DNA from: an uncultured Alphaproteobacteria bacterium
GTDB lineage: Bacteria; Pseudomonadota; Alphaproteobacteria; RF32; CAG-239
Reading direction: 5' to 3'
DNA length: 64,000 nt
Assembly: GCA_934271715.1 (NCBI GenBank)
Contig: CAKQRZ010000001.1
Coordinates: 18,819 to 82,818, forward strand
Part shown: positions 48,346-57,099 of the stretch, one piece after another
How positions within the stretch are numbered: position 1 is the first letter of the stretch
Layout: every line of letters starts with the position of its first letter
Position numbers and translations under genes: made by a program
Notes under the pieces: model-generated
What the model was told of the DNA's origin: nothing
Database searches by the model: none
The model's input: the letters and a program-made list of their open reading frames with translations, nothing else

Positions 48346-49582
48346 AGCGCAAAGCCTCCGACGGGTCTAATTTTGCAGCGCGGTAAGCCGGATATAAGGT
48401 TGCTAAAAACGACAGCACCAGCGTCAGCACTACCACCAAAGTTACTTCCATAGCGTCTACTTTTGCCGGCAGCTGCGATAAAAAGTAAATTTCGGCCGAA
48501 AACAAATCGCGTCCGGAAATTGTCTGCAGAAATTGGCGGATATTTTCTATATTATCGCAAAACAGCAAGCCCAAGGCAACGCCGATGCCCGTCCCGACAA
48601 AGCCGATAAACGCGCCGTCCAGACAGAATATGCGCATAATCATGCCGCGGGTTGCCCCCATGGTGCGCAGCACCGCCACATCGCGGCTTTTGTCTTTTAC
48701 CAGCATGATTAAGCCGGTGATAATATTAAACGCCGCCACTAAAATAATCAGCGTTAAAATCAAAAACATCACATTGCGTTCCACGTCAAGCGCGTTGAAA
48801 AACGCCGAATTTGATTGTTTCCAATCATAAACATAGGCGTCCAGACTCACGCTTTTTTCAATGACCGCCCGCAGCTTCGGCAGTTCGTTTTCATTATGCA
48901 GGCTGACATCTATCACGGTTGCCGAATCTTTAAGCCCGAAATATTTCTGTGCAGCTTCCAGCGGCATAAAAATGTAGTTGGCGTCATATTCATACATGCC
49001 CATGCTGAAAGTGCCGATAACCGGATAAGATTTGATTCTCGGAACGGAGCCGAAAGCCGTAACTTTGCCGTTCGGCGATATAAGCGTGATTTCATCGCCC
49101 ACAAAAACTCCAAGCTTATTAGCCAGCTTGTCGCCCAAAACCACGACATCGCCCTCAAAACCCTCTATATCCATGTGGGCAAAGCCGTCGCGCATAACTT
49201 TCTTTTTTAAGATATCATTTTTTTCTATACCGCGGACCATGGCGCCCTCGGCTCCGCGCGGAGATGACACCAGCAGCTGTTTTTCTATCAGCGGCAGCGC
49301 AATATCTATGCCGTCTATGCTTTCCAGCGCCGTGACGGCTTTTTTGTAGTTGTTAAACGGAAAACCCGCCGAAGCCACAATGGAAATATGTCCGTTAATG
49401 CCCAAAATACGGTTTAAAAGCTCGGCCTTAAAACCGTTCATTACCGACATAACAATAATCAAAGTCGCCACGCCTAAAGCGATTCCCGTAAAAGCAAAGC
49501 CGGTAATTACCGAAATAAAGCCCTCTTTGCGCTTTGCCCGCAGATACCGCCAAGCAGCTAAACGTTCAAATTTAGAAAACAA
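48338..49582 (-). CDS. Lipoprotein-releasing system permease (LolC/LolE, FtsX-like)
   Basis: A likely TTG start at 49582 sits 6 nt after aaggag. The protein has 4 TM segments plus a periplasmic domain, and its stop overlaps the lolD start. Confidence 0.7.
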   Translation of the reverse strand: MFSKFERLAAWRYLRAKRKEGFISVITGFAFTGIALGVATLIIVMSVMNGFKAELLNRILGINGHISIVASAGFPFNNYKKAVTALESIDGIDIALPLIEKQLLVSSPRGAEGAMVRGIEKNDILKKKVMRDGFAHMDIEGFEGDVVVLGDKLANKLGVFVGDEITLISPNGKVTAFGSVPRIKSYPVIGTFSMGMYEYDANYIFMPLEAAQKYFGLKDSATVIDVSLHNENELPKLRAVIEKSVSLDAYVYDWKQSNSAFFNALDVERNVMFLILTLIILVAAFNIITGLIMLVKDKSRDVAVLRTMGATRGMIMRIFCLDGAFIGFVGTGIGVALGLLFCDNIENIRQFLQTISGRDLFSAEIYFLSQLPAKVDAMEVTLVVVLTLVLSFLATLYPAYRAAKLDPSEALRYE

Positions 49583-49673
49583 AATACATCTCCTTATATT
49601 TTTGTTGAATGTAGCCAAAAGCAATGAGTTTTGCAACTTTTTCAAAAGGATATGCACAAGGATAATCGGCGGG

Positions 49674-50666
49674 CTATAATCCGGTTTTTTGATTTAATTT
49701 CAGAATATCAACTACCGAAAAAACAGTATAAAACTGCTCAAAAACCCGAAAAATTTTCTTTTTGTTGACATTGCTGCGGAAAAATGAACAAGCTTCAAAC
49801 ATATCTTGGCCGGTCGGAATCGCCAGCAGCAGCTGATTGTTGTTAAAGCTGAACTGAATAGATTTTCCGCCGTAAAGCTCAGACAGTTTCAGCATCCGTT
49901 CCATAAACGCCGTTGTCAGCAAATAGCGGGCTTCTATTTGGTCGGAAGAATAAACCTCAAACAAATCTTCAAAATACATATCCTCCAGCTTGACGCGCTC
50001 CAAGCCGGAAATATGCTTAAACATATTGAAAATGCCGCGGTCTTTCAGCACCACGGTGCGTCCTTTGAAGTTTTTGTTCATAGTCAGCAAAATGCAAATA
50101 CCCTTAAATATGTTTTTTTTGCGGCTGCGGCTTGATGAGGCAGCATTGCCGAATTTTTCATCAAACTCGGTGTACACAATTTTTTTTTGCAGCAGTTCTT
50201 CCGAAATAGTAACAGCTACGTCTTTATAACTGCCGCAAAAATAATCATCGCCTTTATGAATATTAAATTTGCCGAATAAATCAGAGTTACGCAGCAAATC
50301 ATCGGGCAAATGCTGTTCGTTATGATAAGAAAAAGTGCCGAAAAATCCGGCAAAATCCGCCATGATTGTGTTTTTAGCTTTCTTTTTATATAGATAAATC
50401 GGTCCGCGCAGCGTCAAAATAACAAAGCCGGAAGCGCACAGAATCGCACCGATATCTACAGTATTGTCATCAGGCAGCGTTAAAATAGCCCAGATGACCA
50501 GCGGATAAAAGATAAGCGCCAGCAAAAGCAATATGACAAACATCAAAAAATAGCGGCGGCGGATTTTGTCGTTTTCCTGCAGCTTAGGCAGCAGCACGCT
50601 TTCATAATAGGCTTCAAAAGTTGCCTTTTGCTTGATAAAATTTTCATCTTCCGCCGGCTTAAACAT
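49674..50666 (-). CDS. DUF3137-like membrane protein, paralog 1
   Basis: Two N-terminal TM helices. Paralogous to 50667..51578. It lies downstream of lemA. Confidence 0.4.
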   Translation of the reverse strand: MFKPAEDENFIKQKATFEAYYESVLLPKLQENDKIRRRYFLMFVILLLLALIFYPLVIWAILTLPDDNTVDIGAILCASGFVILTLRGPIYLYKKKAKNTIMADFAGFFGTFSYHNEQHLPDDLLRNSDLFGKFNIHKGDDYFCGSYKDVAVTISEELLQKKIVYTEFDEKFGNAASSSRSRKKNIFKGICILLTMNKNFKGRTVVLKDRGIFNMFKHISGLERVKLEDMYFEDLFEVYSSDQIEARYLLTTAFMERMLKLSELYGGKSIQFSFNNNQLLLAIPTGQDMFEACSFFRSNVNKKKIFRVFEQFYTVFSVVDILKLNQKTGL

Positions 50667-51578
50667 TTATCTTGCCGCCTCTGTCAAAGCCTCGGCCACT
50701 CCCAGCATATTAAACAGTTTTTCAATTTGCTGATGAGTTTGCTCAAACTGTTTTTCCGTACCGGCCGACTTCCACATGTTGTCATTCGGCTCATAGAAAA
50801 AATGACCGTTCTGCAAGAAAATATACAGCTGATTCTGCGATATTTTCAAATAAACTTTGCTGGCTTTAAATTCATCGCGCAGGTTTAAGACATTTTCAAA
50901 CAAAGCGGCGCAGATTACATAGTTTTTAGCGGCGTCGTTGTCGGAAAATGTATAAAAATAGTTGGCGGCCGGAATAGAGGACTGATATTTATCTAAATCC
51001 ATGTATTTTTTTTGCTTAAAAAATCCGCCTTTTTCAAACATCATAACCATGCCGTTCAGCGTATGCTGCAAAGTATAGCTAATCAGCAGGCCGCCTCCGG
51101 TTCTGCGCTTTTTATTTTTGCCGCTGTTTTTTAAAAAAACGAGATTCTGCAGCTCTAAATTTCCGTTGCTGCCGGTTATATCAAACTGCTGGACGGTTTC
51201 GTCATACTCAGGCAGAAAATCCGCCTTAATATTTGCAGTTTCGTTATGGCAGTTTTGCCAATTGCCGTAAAATTTGATAAATTCATCTAAAATAAACAGA
51301 TGCTTGCTTTTGGCGCGGCGGGCTAAAAAATATAAAACAGCTGCCGACATCAGCACCAAAATGGTTAGCTGTTCCCAAGAAAACGGCTTGCCGTTTATTA
51401 AATGGTTAAACAGCACAATCAAAATATTGGCGCAGTTGGCAAAAAGCAAAATCCCGAAATAAAGCCAGAATTTGCTTCTGAAAGTTTGGCGGCGCTTGTT
51501 TTCTTCTTGCAGCAGCGGACTGATGTTTTGCTTTAAAAAGTTCTGCAATTCTTCTTGCTTATTATTTTCTTCTGTCAT
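50667..51578 (-). CDS. DUF3137-like membrane protein, paralog 2
   Basis: Same architecture. Its stop abuts the start of the next gene. Confidence 0.4.
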   Translation of the reverse strand: MTEENNKQEELQNFLKQNISPLLQEENKRRQTFRSKFWLYFGILLFANCANILIVLFNHLINGKPFSWEQLTILVLMSAAVLYFLARRAKSKHLFILDEFIKFYGNWQNCHNETANIKADFLPEYDETVQQFDITGSNGNLELQNLVFLKNSGKNKKRRTGGGLLISYTLQHTLNGMVMMFEKGGFFKQKKYMDLDKYQSSIPAANYFYTFSDNDAAKNYVICAALFENVLNLRDEFKASKVYLKISQNQLYIFLQNGHFFYEPNDNMWKSAGTEKQFEQTHQQIEKLFNMLGVAEALTEAAR

Positions 51579-51587
51579 AACAAACCT

Positions 51588-52169
51588 TTATTTAAAATAG
51601 TCGCTGCTGTTAACCGGCTTTCTTTCTGCCTCGCTGATTTCAAAAAACGGCGTATCTTTATAGTTTACGCCAACCATGGCGGCAACAATATTTCCCGGAA
51701 AAATCTCGGCAGCGTTTTTCAGGCGGTTAACATTGGAGTTGTAAAAGCGGCGGGCGGCCGAAATATGCTCCTCCACCTCATTCATGCTCTGCATGGCGGC
51801 TATCATGGTTTGGTTAGACTTTAAGTCCGGATAATTTTCCAGCGATACTTTGAAGTCATTAAGCTTTTGATTAAGCAGACTTTCTAGCTCCATTTTTTCT
51901 TTAGGAGCGCCGGCAAAAGTATTAGCCATGGCTTTGGTGCGCAGTTCCGTCAGCTCTGTCATCAAAGATTTTTCGTGTTCCATAAATTTTGCCGCCATCT
52001 GCAGCATATTCGGAATCAGGTCATAGCGTTTTTTCAGCTGCACATCAATATCCGCCGCCGATTCTTTGACTTTGTTGCGGACCGAAATCAAGCGCACATA
52101 CTGGGCGTAAAACAAAATAACGACAGCGATTCCGCCGATTATCCACGGATTAGACCAATCTATTTCCAT
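51588..52169 (-). CDS. lemA: LemA family protein
   Basis: N-terminal TM segment, then ...YVRLISVRNKVKESAADIDVQLKKRYDLIPNM. Confidence 0.7.
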   Translation of the reverse strand: MEIDWSNPWIIGGIAVVILFYAQYVRLISVRNKVKESAADIDVQLKKRYDLIPNMLQMAAKFMEHEKSLMTELTELRTKAMANTFAGAPKEKMELESLLNQKLNDFKVSLENYPDLKSNQTMIAAMQSMNEVEEHISAARRFYNSNVNRLKNAAEIFPGNIVAAMVGVNYKDTPFFEISEAERKPVNSSDYFK

Positions 52170-52298
52170 AATTTTCTCCTGTTTATTGTTTTTTATAGAT
52201 CTTAACGCCTTAATCTTAAAAAATCCCTAAAAATTTTGATTGCAGCTCTTGCAGAGCCAGCGATTTTGTGATATCTTTATAAATAAGGAGAAAATGTT

Positions 52299-52655
52299 AT
52301 GGAAAATTCGCAAAGAAATCCGATGTTTGAACGCCGCATTCAAAAACTGCTGAAAAAGATGAACCGCCTCAACAAGATTTACCGCCAGCAGATGCATGAG
52401 CAGAAAGCTCAGGAAAATAACCGGCAAAATACAGAGCAGAAACACTATCAGCCTAAGGCTAAAAGAGAAATCAGCCGCGCCGATTTGCTGAACGGTCTGC
52501 GTATGGGGCAGTCTTATGCCATGCAGCGCAAATTGCTGGAGCGTTTGAGCAATACCCGCAGCGAGCGCCAGCTTCCGCCGAAAGAACGCGAGCGTATGCG
52601 CGAACGTACCCGCGAGCGTCTGCGTCAGCGCGAAAGAGACGGCTATACTCGCTGA
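52299..52655 (+). CDS. Hypothetical Arg/Glu-rich protein
   Basis: ERERMRERTRERLRQRERD at the C-terminus. Its status as a real gene is uncertain. Confidence 0.3.
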   Translation: MENSQRNPMFERRIQKLLKKMNRLNKIYRQQMHEQKAQENNRQNTEQKHYQPKAKREISRADLLNGLRMGQSYAMQRKLLERLSNTRSERQLPPKERERMRERTRERLRQRERDGYTR

Positions 52656-52739
52656 TTTTTCAGTTTTCAATACTTGACAAAATTTATTTTTTTTTATACA
52701 AAGACAGTTAAATCATAATTATTATTTAAATTTTTTTGT

Positions 52740-53234
52740 ATGGATAATATTTTTCATTTGATTCATGTTAATGCGTTTGATGAGTTAAACGAGATTGTGT
52801 TTAACAAAAAATTGTCAGCGAACTGTTTCAGAGGCTATGCCTCTTGTTTGAGCAGCGAAGAAGAAAAATTTCTGATTCAGAAATTTTTAGAGACTAAAGG
52901 CGAGGATTGGTTTGCTTTTATCAAAAAGTACATCGGTCATTTTCCGCTTTCATCTGACGCGGTATTGCTTTTGCTTGAAAATTCTGCAAACAGCGAGATT
53001 AAAACGCTTTTGGCAGAAGAGTGGAAAAAGTACGGTGCTTGCGAAAAAGAAAGCTTGGCTTTTTGTGACAGACTTCATGGTCAAAATGAGATTGATGAGA
53101 ACTTGCTGGCTGTTTTCTGCGACAGCGCCCGTCTGGCTTATGATGATGCAGCTTATAAGCTTTCGCTTATAGACAGCAAATGGAGTGAACGTTACATAAA
53201 CGCTTCTAAGCGCTACATGCAAAACACGCATTAA
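52740..53234 (+). CDS. Hypothetical protein
   Basis: 164-aa ORF. Confidence 0.3.
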   Translation: MDNIFHLIHVNAFDELNEIVFNKKLSANCFRGYASCLSSEEEKFLIQKFLETKGEDWFAFIKKYIGHFPLSSDAVLLLLENSANSEIKTLLAEEWKKYGACEKESLAFCDRLHGQNEIDENLLAVFCDSARLAYDDAAYKLSLIDSKWSERYINASKRYMQNTH

Positions 53235-53370
53235 GTAAGAAAATGCCCTGACTGTTAGATGGTCAAGGGCATTTTTGTTGCAGAATTATGACATTTTGGC
53301 CTCATTTTATAAAAATATTTGCACTTTTTTTAATTCAATGATACTTTTAGTAATTAAAGCGGAGGCTGAA

Positions 53371-53811
53371 ATGCGAAATTTATATAATGCAGTTCCTTTA
53401 ACCGATGAACAAAAAATTTCATACATTCGCGTGCTGGCATATTTAGCCAAAGCCGACCGCAATCCGGCGTATATTGAACGCGATTTTATGGGCAAAATGT
53501 TTGACCGGATGAAACTTTCCGTCGATGTTTTGAAAAAAATTTATATTCCGCGCAATAATGAAGAGCTTTACCGCGCCCTGATGCCGATTTGCACGCGGGC
53601 GATTGCCATAGATTTGCTGCATTGCCTGTGGTTTGCCGCATCGGTTAACACCATTATCTCGGATGAAGAAATCATGATTATCCGCAAAATAGCCCAGATT
53701 CTCCGCATTGATAATGATACTTTGCTGAATATTCATCACTTTGTGACCGATGAAATTATGTTTTTGCAGCATGCCCGCGAGGTTTTGGAAGCAGATGACA
53801 TCCGCTGCTGA
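53371..53811 (+). CDS. TerB-like (tellurite-resistance TerB / DjlA N-domain-like) protein
   Basis: RBS ggagg. Motif SYIRVLAYLAKADRNPAYIERDFM...LLHCLWFAASVNTIISDEE. Confidence 0.45.
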   Translation: MRNLYNAVPLTDEQKISYIRVLAYLAKADRNPAYIERDFMGKMFDRMKLSVDVLKKIYIPRNNEELYRALMPICTRAIAIDLLHCLWFAASVNTIISDEEIMIIRKIAQILRIDNDTLLNIHHFVTDEIMFLQHAREVLEADDIRC

Positions 53812-53918
53812 TTTATGAATATAATAAAAAGGCTCTAAATATAAATTTTCGCACAAAAAGAAAAAAAGTTGTTGCAAATAAAAATATTATGTTTTATACA
53901 ATACCTACATTGTTGATA

Positions 53919-53995
53919 TGCGTGCGTAGCTCAGTTGGCTAGAGCAACTGACTCTTAATCAGTGGGTCCAGGGTTCAAATCCCTGCGCGCGTACC
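53919..53995 (+). tRNA. tRNA-Lys (anticodon CTT)
   Basis: D-stem GCTC/GAGC, anticodon stem ACTGA/TCAGT with loop ctCTTaa, T-arm CAGGG-TTCAAAT-CCCTG, and a 3' ACCA. Confidence 0.75.
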
Positions 53996-54012
53996 AATAA
54001 CAAAGTAACAAA

Positions 54013-54037
54013 GAAACTCCCTTATGGGAGTTTTTTT
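54013..54037 (+). terminator. Terminator hairpin after tRNA-Lys
   Basis: aaactcccttatgggagttt followed by ttttt. Confidence 0.6.
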
Positions 54038-54177
54038 GTTATATGCGCAGTAATGGAAAGAATCCAGAGAAAAGGGGGCAACAATGACGAGAGGCGGACG
54101 GGAGTACGCCGGTAAGCGTCTGCGAGTAAGGACGCAGCGGCGAGAGAAATGAAGCCAATCCCTGCGCGAAACATAAA

Positions 54178-54804
54178 TCATACATTATTATCAAAAAGGA
54201 TTTGAATTAAACAGTAATCGTCTTTGCAGATTTTACAAGCTTCGCTGACTTCCGGCAAATTATAATCTTCTCTTACGCATTCAGCAACAGCATAATCTGC
54301 CGGTCTGGCATTTCCGCAGATTCTATAATCCCAACTGCTGCATGTTCCGCTGCACAATACTATAGTCCAAATAATATCAGTATAAACCGGCAATAAATGG
54401 AATAATTCGCGGCAGTTATATTCGGCTATACTGTTTGGCAATATTTCAAATTGTAAATTTAAACGAGTGTAAATATCATAAGGTTTCATAGTAACAGATA
54501 CTCTGTTTCTAAACAAATCTCTGTTATCATCATCTAACAAGCCTTGAGGCACAATGCCGATTTCTTTTAAGGTGGGCAGAATGTCTTCACTGCGTTTTCC
54601 ATATTGTTTTTCTAATTTATATGTATCTTTGATGTTAAAAATCAGCTCTTCTACTTGCTGAATCCATTTATCTTGCTTCCACTTCTCCATAACCTTGGAA
54701 TAACCGGCGATTCCACCTACTGATAATATACCAACAATCGCCAGAACTCCGAGCATTTCAATCATGCTTCTCCCTAAGAAATTTGCGCTTCTAGCACTCG
54801 TCAT
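54178..54804 (-). CDS. Type IV pilin-like protein with an A-module 5' region. The frame is open upstream to about 55014, and an in-frame ATG gives the short leader MTSARSANFLG.
   Basis: MTSARSANFLG|RSMIEMLGVLAIVGILSVGGIAGYSKVMEKWK. The C-terminal tail is CKICKDDYCLIQILFDNNV. Confidence 0.75.
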   Translation of the reverse strand: MTSARSANFLGRSMIEMLGVLAIVGILSVGGIAGYSKVMEKWKQDKWIQQVEELIFNIKDTYKLEKQYGKRSEDILPTLKEIGIVPQGLLDDDNRDLFRNRVSVTMKPYDIYTRLNLQFEILPNSIAEYNCRELFHLLPVYTDIIWTIVLCSGTCSSWDYRICGNARPADYAVAECVREDYNLPEVSEACKICKDDYCLIQILFDNNV

Positions 54805-54988
54805 ACTAGGCCCTGTGCCTAGTATCTTGTGGCACCAAGGGCGGTGTAATCCATCGCCCCGTGAGGGAGAGGTTATTATTTTTGTTCTTAATGCGTTATT
54901 TCCGAAAGTATCATTTTTTCTGCCAAACCCTGCAAAAACGTGCTGAACAGCAGAAAAAGTGCCTTTAATCAGATGTTCAGGATTTGCA

Positions 54989-55002
54989 GAGAGAGAGAGA
55001 GA
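54989..55002. repeat. (GA)7/(CT)7 tract of an A-module
   Basis: Direct reading. Confidence 0.9.
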
Positions 55003-55062
55003 CCTTTGCTTAGCTTATTTTTCATCTTTCTTTCCTCTTATTTTAAGTTAATTTACATCTTT

Positions 55063-55092
55063 ATTCTACACCAGCCATACTCCATAAGTCAA
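55063..55092 (-). promoter_or_regulatory. Sigma70-like promoter of an A-module (TTGACT-N18-TAGAAT)
   Basis: Minus strand: TTGACTtatggagtatggctggtgTAGAAT. Confidence 0.55.
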
Positions 55093-55124
55093 CCGTAAAA
55101 TCAAAGCGTTGGAAGAGGCGGAAG

Positions 55125-55300
55125 TGTGTAAAAAAAACGACCGTTTAAAAGGGACAGTTTTTAGGCTGTTTTTAGTAATGTAACAGAGGTTGCTAAAATT
55201 TGCAATAACTTTTTATATTTGCGATGTTTTTTGCAGATTTGTGAGACTTTTCAGCGTCTTGTTTATAGTGTGTAAAAATAACGGTCGTTTTTTTTACACA
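55125..55300 (+). repeat. B-module IR-bounded element, copy 3
   Basis: Inverted repeats at 55125-55145 and 55280-55300. An internal putative promoter TTGCTA-N18-TATATT lies at 55209-55238. Confidence 0.8.
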
Positions 55301-55316
55301 TAATAGGAGGAATAAG

Positions 55317-56084
55317 ATGTTGAAGAGTATAGAATTTTTAAGAGGAAAGAGCAGGGGAAGAGTAGGTGGATTGCTTCGCTGCACTCGCAATGACGGTGCA
55401 GGTAACGGCGAGGGATTGCACCGCCCTGGGTGCGACAAGATCCTAGGCACAGACTGTGCGTCACGGCCTAGGATGACTGGTGGCAGAGGCGCAAATTACT
55501 TTGGCCGCAGTATGATAGAAATGCTGGGAGTTCTCGCAATTATCGGAGTGCTGAGTGTCGGCGGAATTGCCGGATATTCTAAAGCTATGATGATGTGGAA
55601 AGTTGATAAATGGAGTGCCGGGTTAATTCAAATGATGCAGGAAGCGCAAACTCTGTATTTGAATCAAAAATCATTCGGCGATACTGTGAAAATTATCACT
55701 CCTCAGCTGGTAGATACCGGAGTTATTCCGCAGGGAATGCTGGATGAAAATTACCGCGATATGTTCGGCAATCGGCTTACTGTTTTAACTCGTTATTGGG
55801 ATGTGTTTGGACTTCGCCTGAATGTTTATCATGAAATGCCTGCCGGTAAAGACGCGGTGGAATGCTGTAAAAAGCTATATGAGATGGGACAGCAGTTTCC
55901 CAGCAACTGGGTAGTAGTAACTGAAAATTTCGGCTATTCAGTCTGCGGCAGAGCGGCGCCGGATAGTTATGTGCAGGCGATGGGCTGTCAGCCTTATAGT
56001 TTAGCTAAGGTCGCAGAACTGTGCAAAAATTGCGAAACCAATAACTGCAATATAATATTTTTATTGGATAATACTAAATATTAA
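55317..56084 (+). CDS. Type IV pilin-like protein with a B-module N-terminal extension
   Basis: MLKSIEFLRGKSRGRVGG...RPRMTGGRGANYFG|RSMIEMLGVLAIIGVLSVGGIAGYSKAMMMWK. The C-terminal tail is CKNCETNNCNIIFLLDNTKY. Confidence 0.75.
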   Translation: MLKSIEFLRGKSRGRVGGLLRCTRNDGAGNGEGLHRPGCDKILGTDCASRPRMTGGRGANYFGRSMIEMLGVLAIIGVLSVGGIAGYSKAMMMWKVDKWSAGLIQMMQEAQTLYLNQKSFGDTVKIITPQLVDTGVIPQGMLDENYRDMFGNRLTVLTRYWDVFGLRLNVYHEMPAGKDAVECCKKLYEMGQQFPSNWVVVTENFGYSVCGRAAPDSYVQAMGCQPYSLAKVAELCKNCETNNCNIIFLLDNTKY

Positions 56085-56098
56085 AAAGATAAAGAAAA

Positions 56099-56120
56099 AC
56101 GCCCTGAAAAGGGCGTTTAA
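56099..56120. terminator. Bidirectional terminator
   Basis: aaacgccctgaaaagggcgttt. Confidence 0.65.
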
Positions 56121-56138
56121 AATTTATAGCGGCAAATA

Positions 56139-57029
56139 TTAAATATCCATTGTGTCCAGCAGTTCGCGGGTATAAGCGCGTAGCTCGCCGCTGTTCATCA
56201 GACTCAGTTTAATATTGGAACGCTGCAGGTCGGCATTAGTTCCGCAGTCAAAGCGCATGCCTTTGCACAATACGCCGTAAATCGGCATTCCGCGCAAGGC
56301 TGCCAAGTTCAGCGCATCGGTCAGATTGATTTCTCCGTTTGTGCCTTTGGTAACTTCCGGCAGAATATCCAAAACTTCATTAGGGATAATGTACGGTCCC
56401 ATAGAAGCGTAGTTGGACGGCACTTCTTCAAGTTTCGGCTTTTCTATTAAACCGGTGGCTCTGACAACATTGCCGTCGCGCTTAGCGCCGACTAAAGCGC
56501 CGTAACGCACCATGTCTTGACGCGGACATTCCATAATGTTTTCTACAATGCCGCCTTTCTGCTCATAGACTTCGCTCAGCTGCTTCAAAACGCCGTCGCC
56601 GTGCAGATTGATATAAACATCATCAACCCACATTACGGCAAAATCGCGCTTGCCGATAATGTCTTTAGCCATTAAAATCGCATGGCCGTTGCCTTTAGGC
56701 TCGCTTTGGCAGGCAAAAGAAAACTTCATCCCCGCCGGAATAATCTTGCGGACGGTTTCCAATAAATCAAGCTTATTTTTTTCTTTCAGATGCGCTTCCA
56801 ATTCCGGAGCCGGAGCATAATATTTTTCAAACATATGCTTGCAGGCGTCATCACTGTAAATAAAAACAATTTCTTTAATTCCGGCTTCGGCGCAGCTGTC
56901 TACGGCGTATTGAATTACCGGAATGTTATCCAAGGTCATAAAGCCTTTATGCAAAACTTTGGTTGTCGGCAAATTGCGGGTAGACAAACCGGCGACCGGC
57001 AACACGCAAACTTCTGGTTTTCTGTTCAT
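56139..57029 (-). CDS. galU: UTP--glucose-1-phosphate uridylyltransferase
   Basis: N-terminus VLPVAGLSTRNLPTTKVLHKGFMTL... Length is 296 aa. Confidence 0.8.
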   Translation of the reverse strand: MNRKPEVCVLPVAGLSTRNLPTTKVLHKGFMTLDNIPVIQYAVDSCAEAGIKEIVFIYSDDACKHMFEKYYAPAPELEAHLKEKNKLDLLETVRKIIPAGMKFSFACQSEPKGNGHAILMAKDIIGKRDFAVMWVDDVYINLHGDGVLKQLSEVYEQKGGIVENIMECPRQDMVRYGALVGAKRDGNVVRATGLIEKPKLEEVPSNYASMGPYIIPNEVLDILPEVTKGTNGEINLTDALNLAALRGMPIYGVLCKGMRFDCGTNADLQRSNIKLSLMNSGELRAYTRELLDTMDI

Positions 57030-57099
57030 TTTACATCTCCATAATTATTATATACGGCTAATGTAGCACATTAAAAATATTTAACAAGCCTTGATTTTT

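Noticed and set aside
53975-54181. 68-aa minus-strand ORF in the purine-rich segment after tRNA-Lys; a possible small RNA.
   Set aside because: No RBS and an Arg-rich nonsense composition. I could not fold it convincingly into a known RNA (tmRNA, SRP, 6S). It is left as part of the putative integration scar.
4380-55375. Recurrent conserved sequence blocks (ctctctctctgcaaa...; tgtgtaaaaaaaacgaccgtt...) might have been mistaken for a CRISPR array or tandem repeat region.
   Set aside because: The copies are dispersed 10-20 kb apart and are 0.25-0.6 kb long. Each is attached to a pilin or cargo gene in a consistent orientation. No short regularly spaced direct repeats with unique spacers and no cas genes are present.
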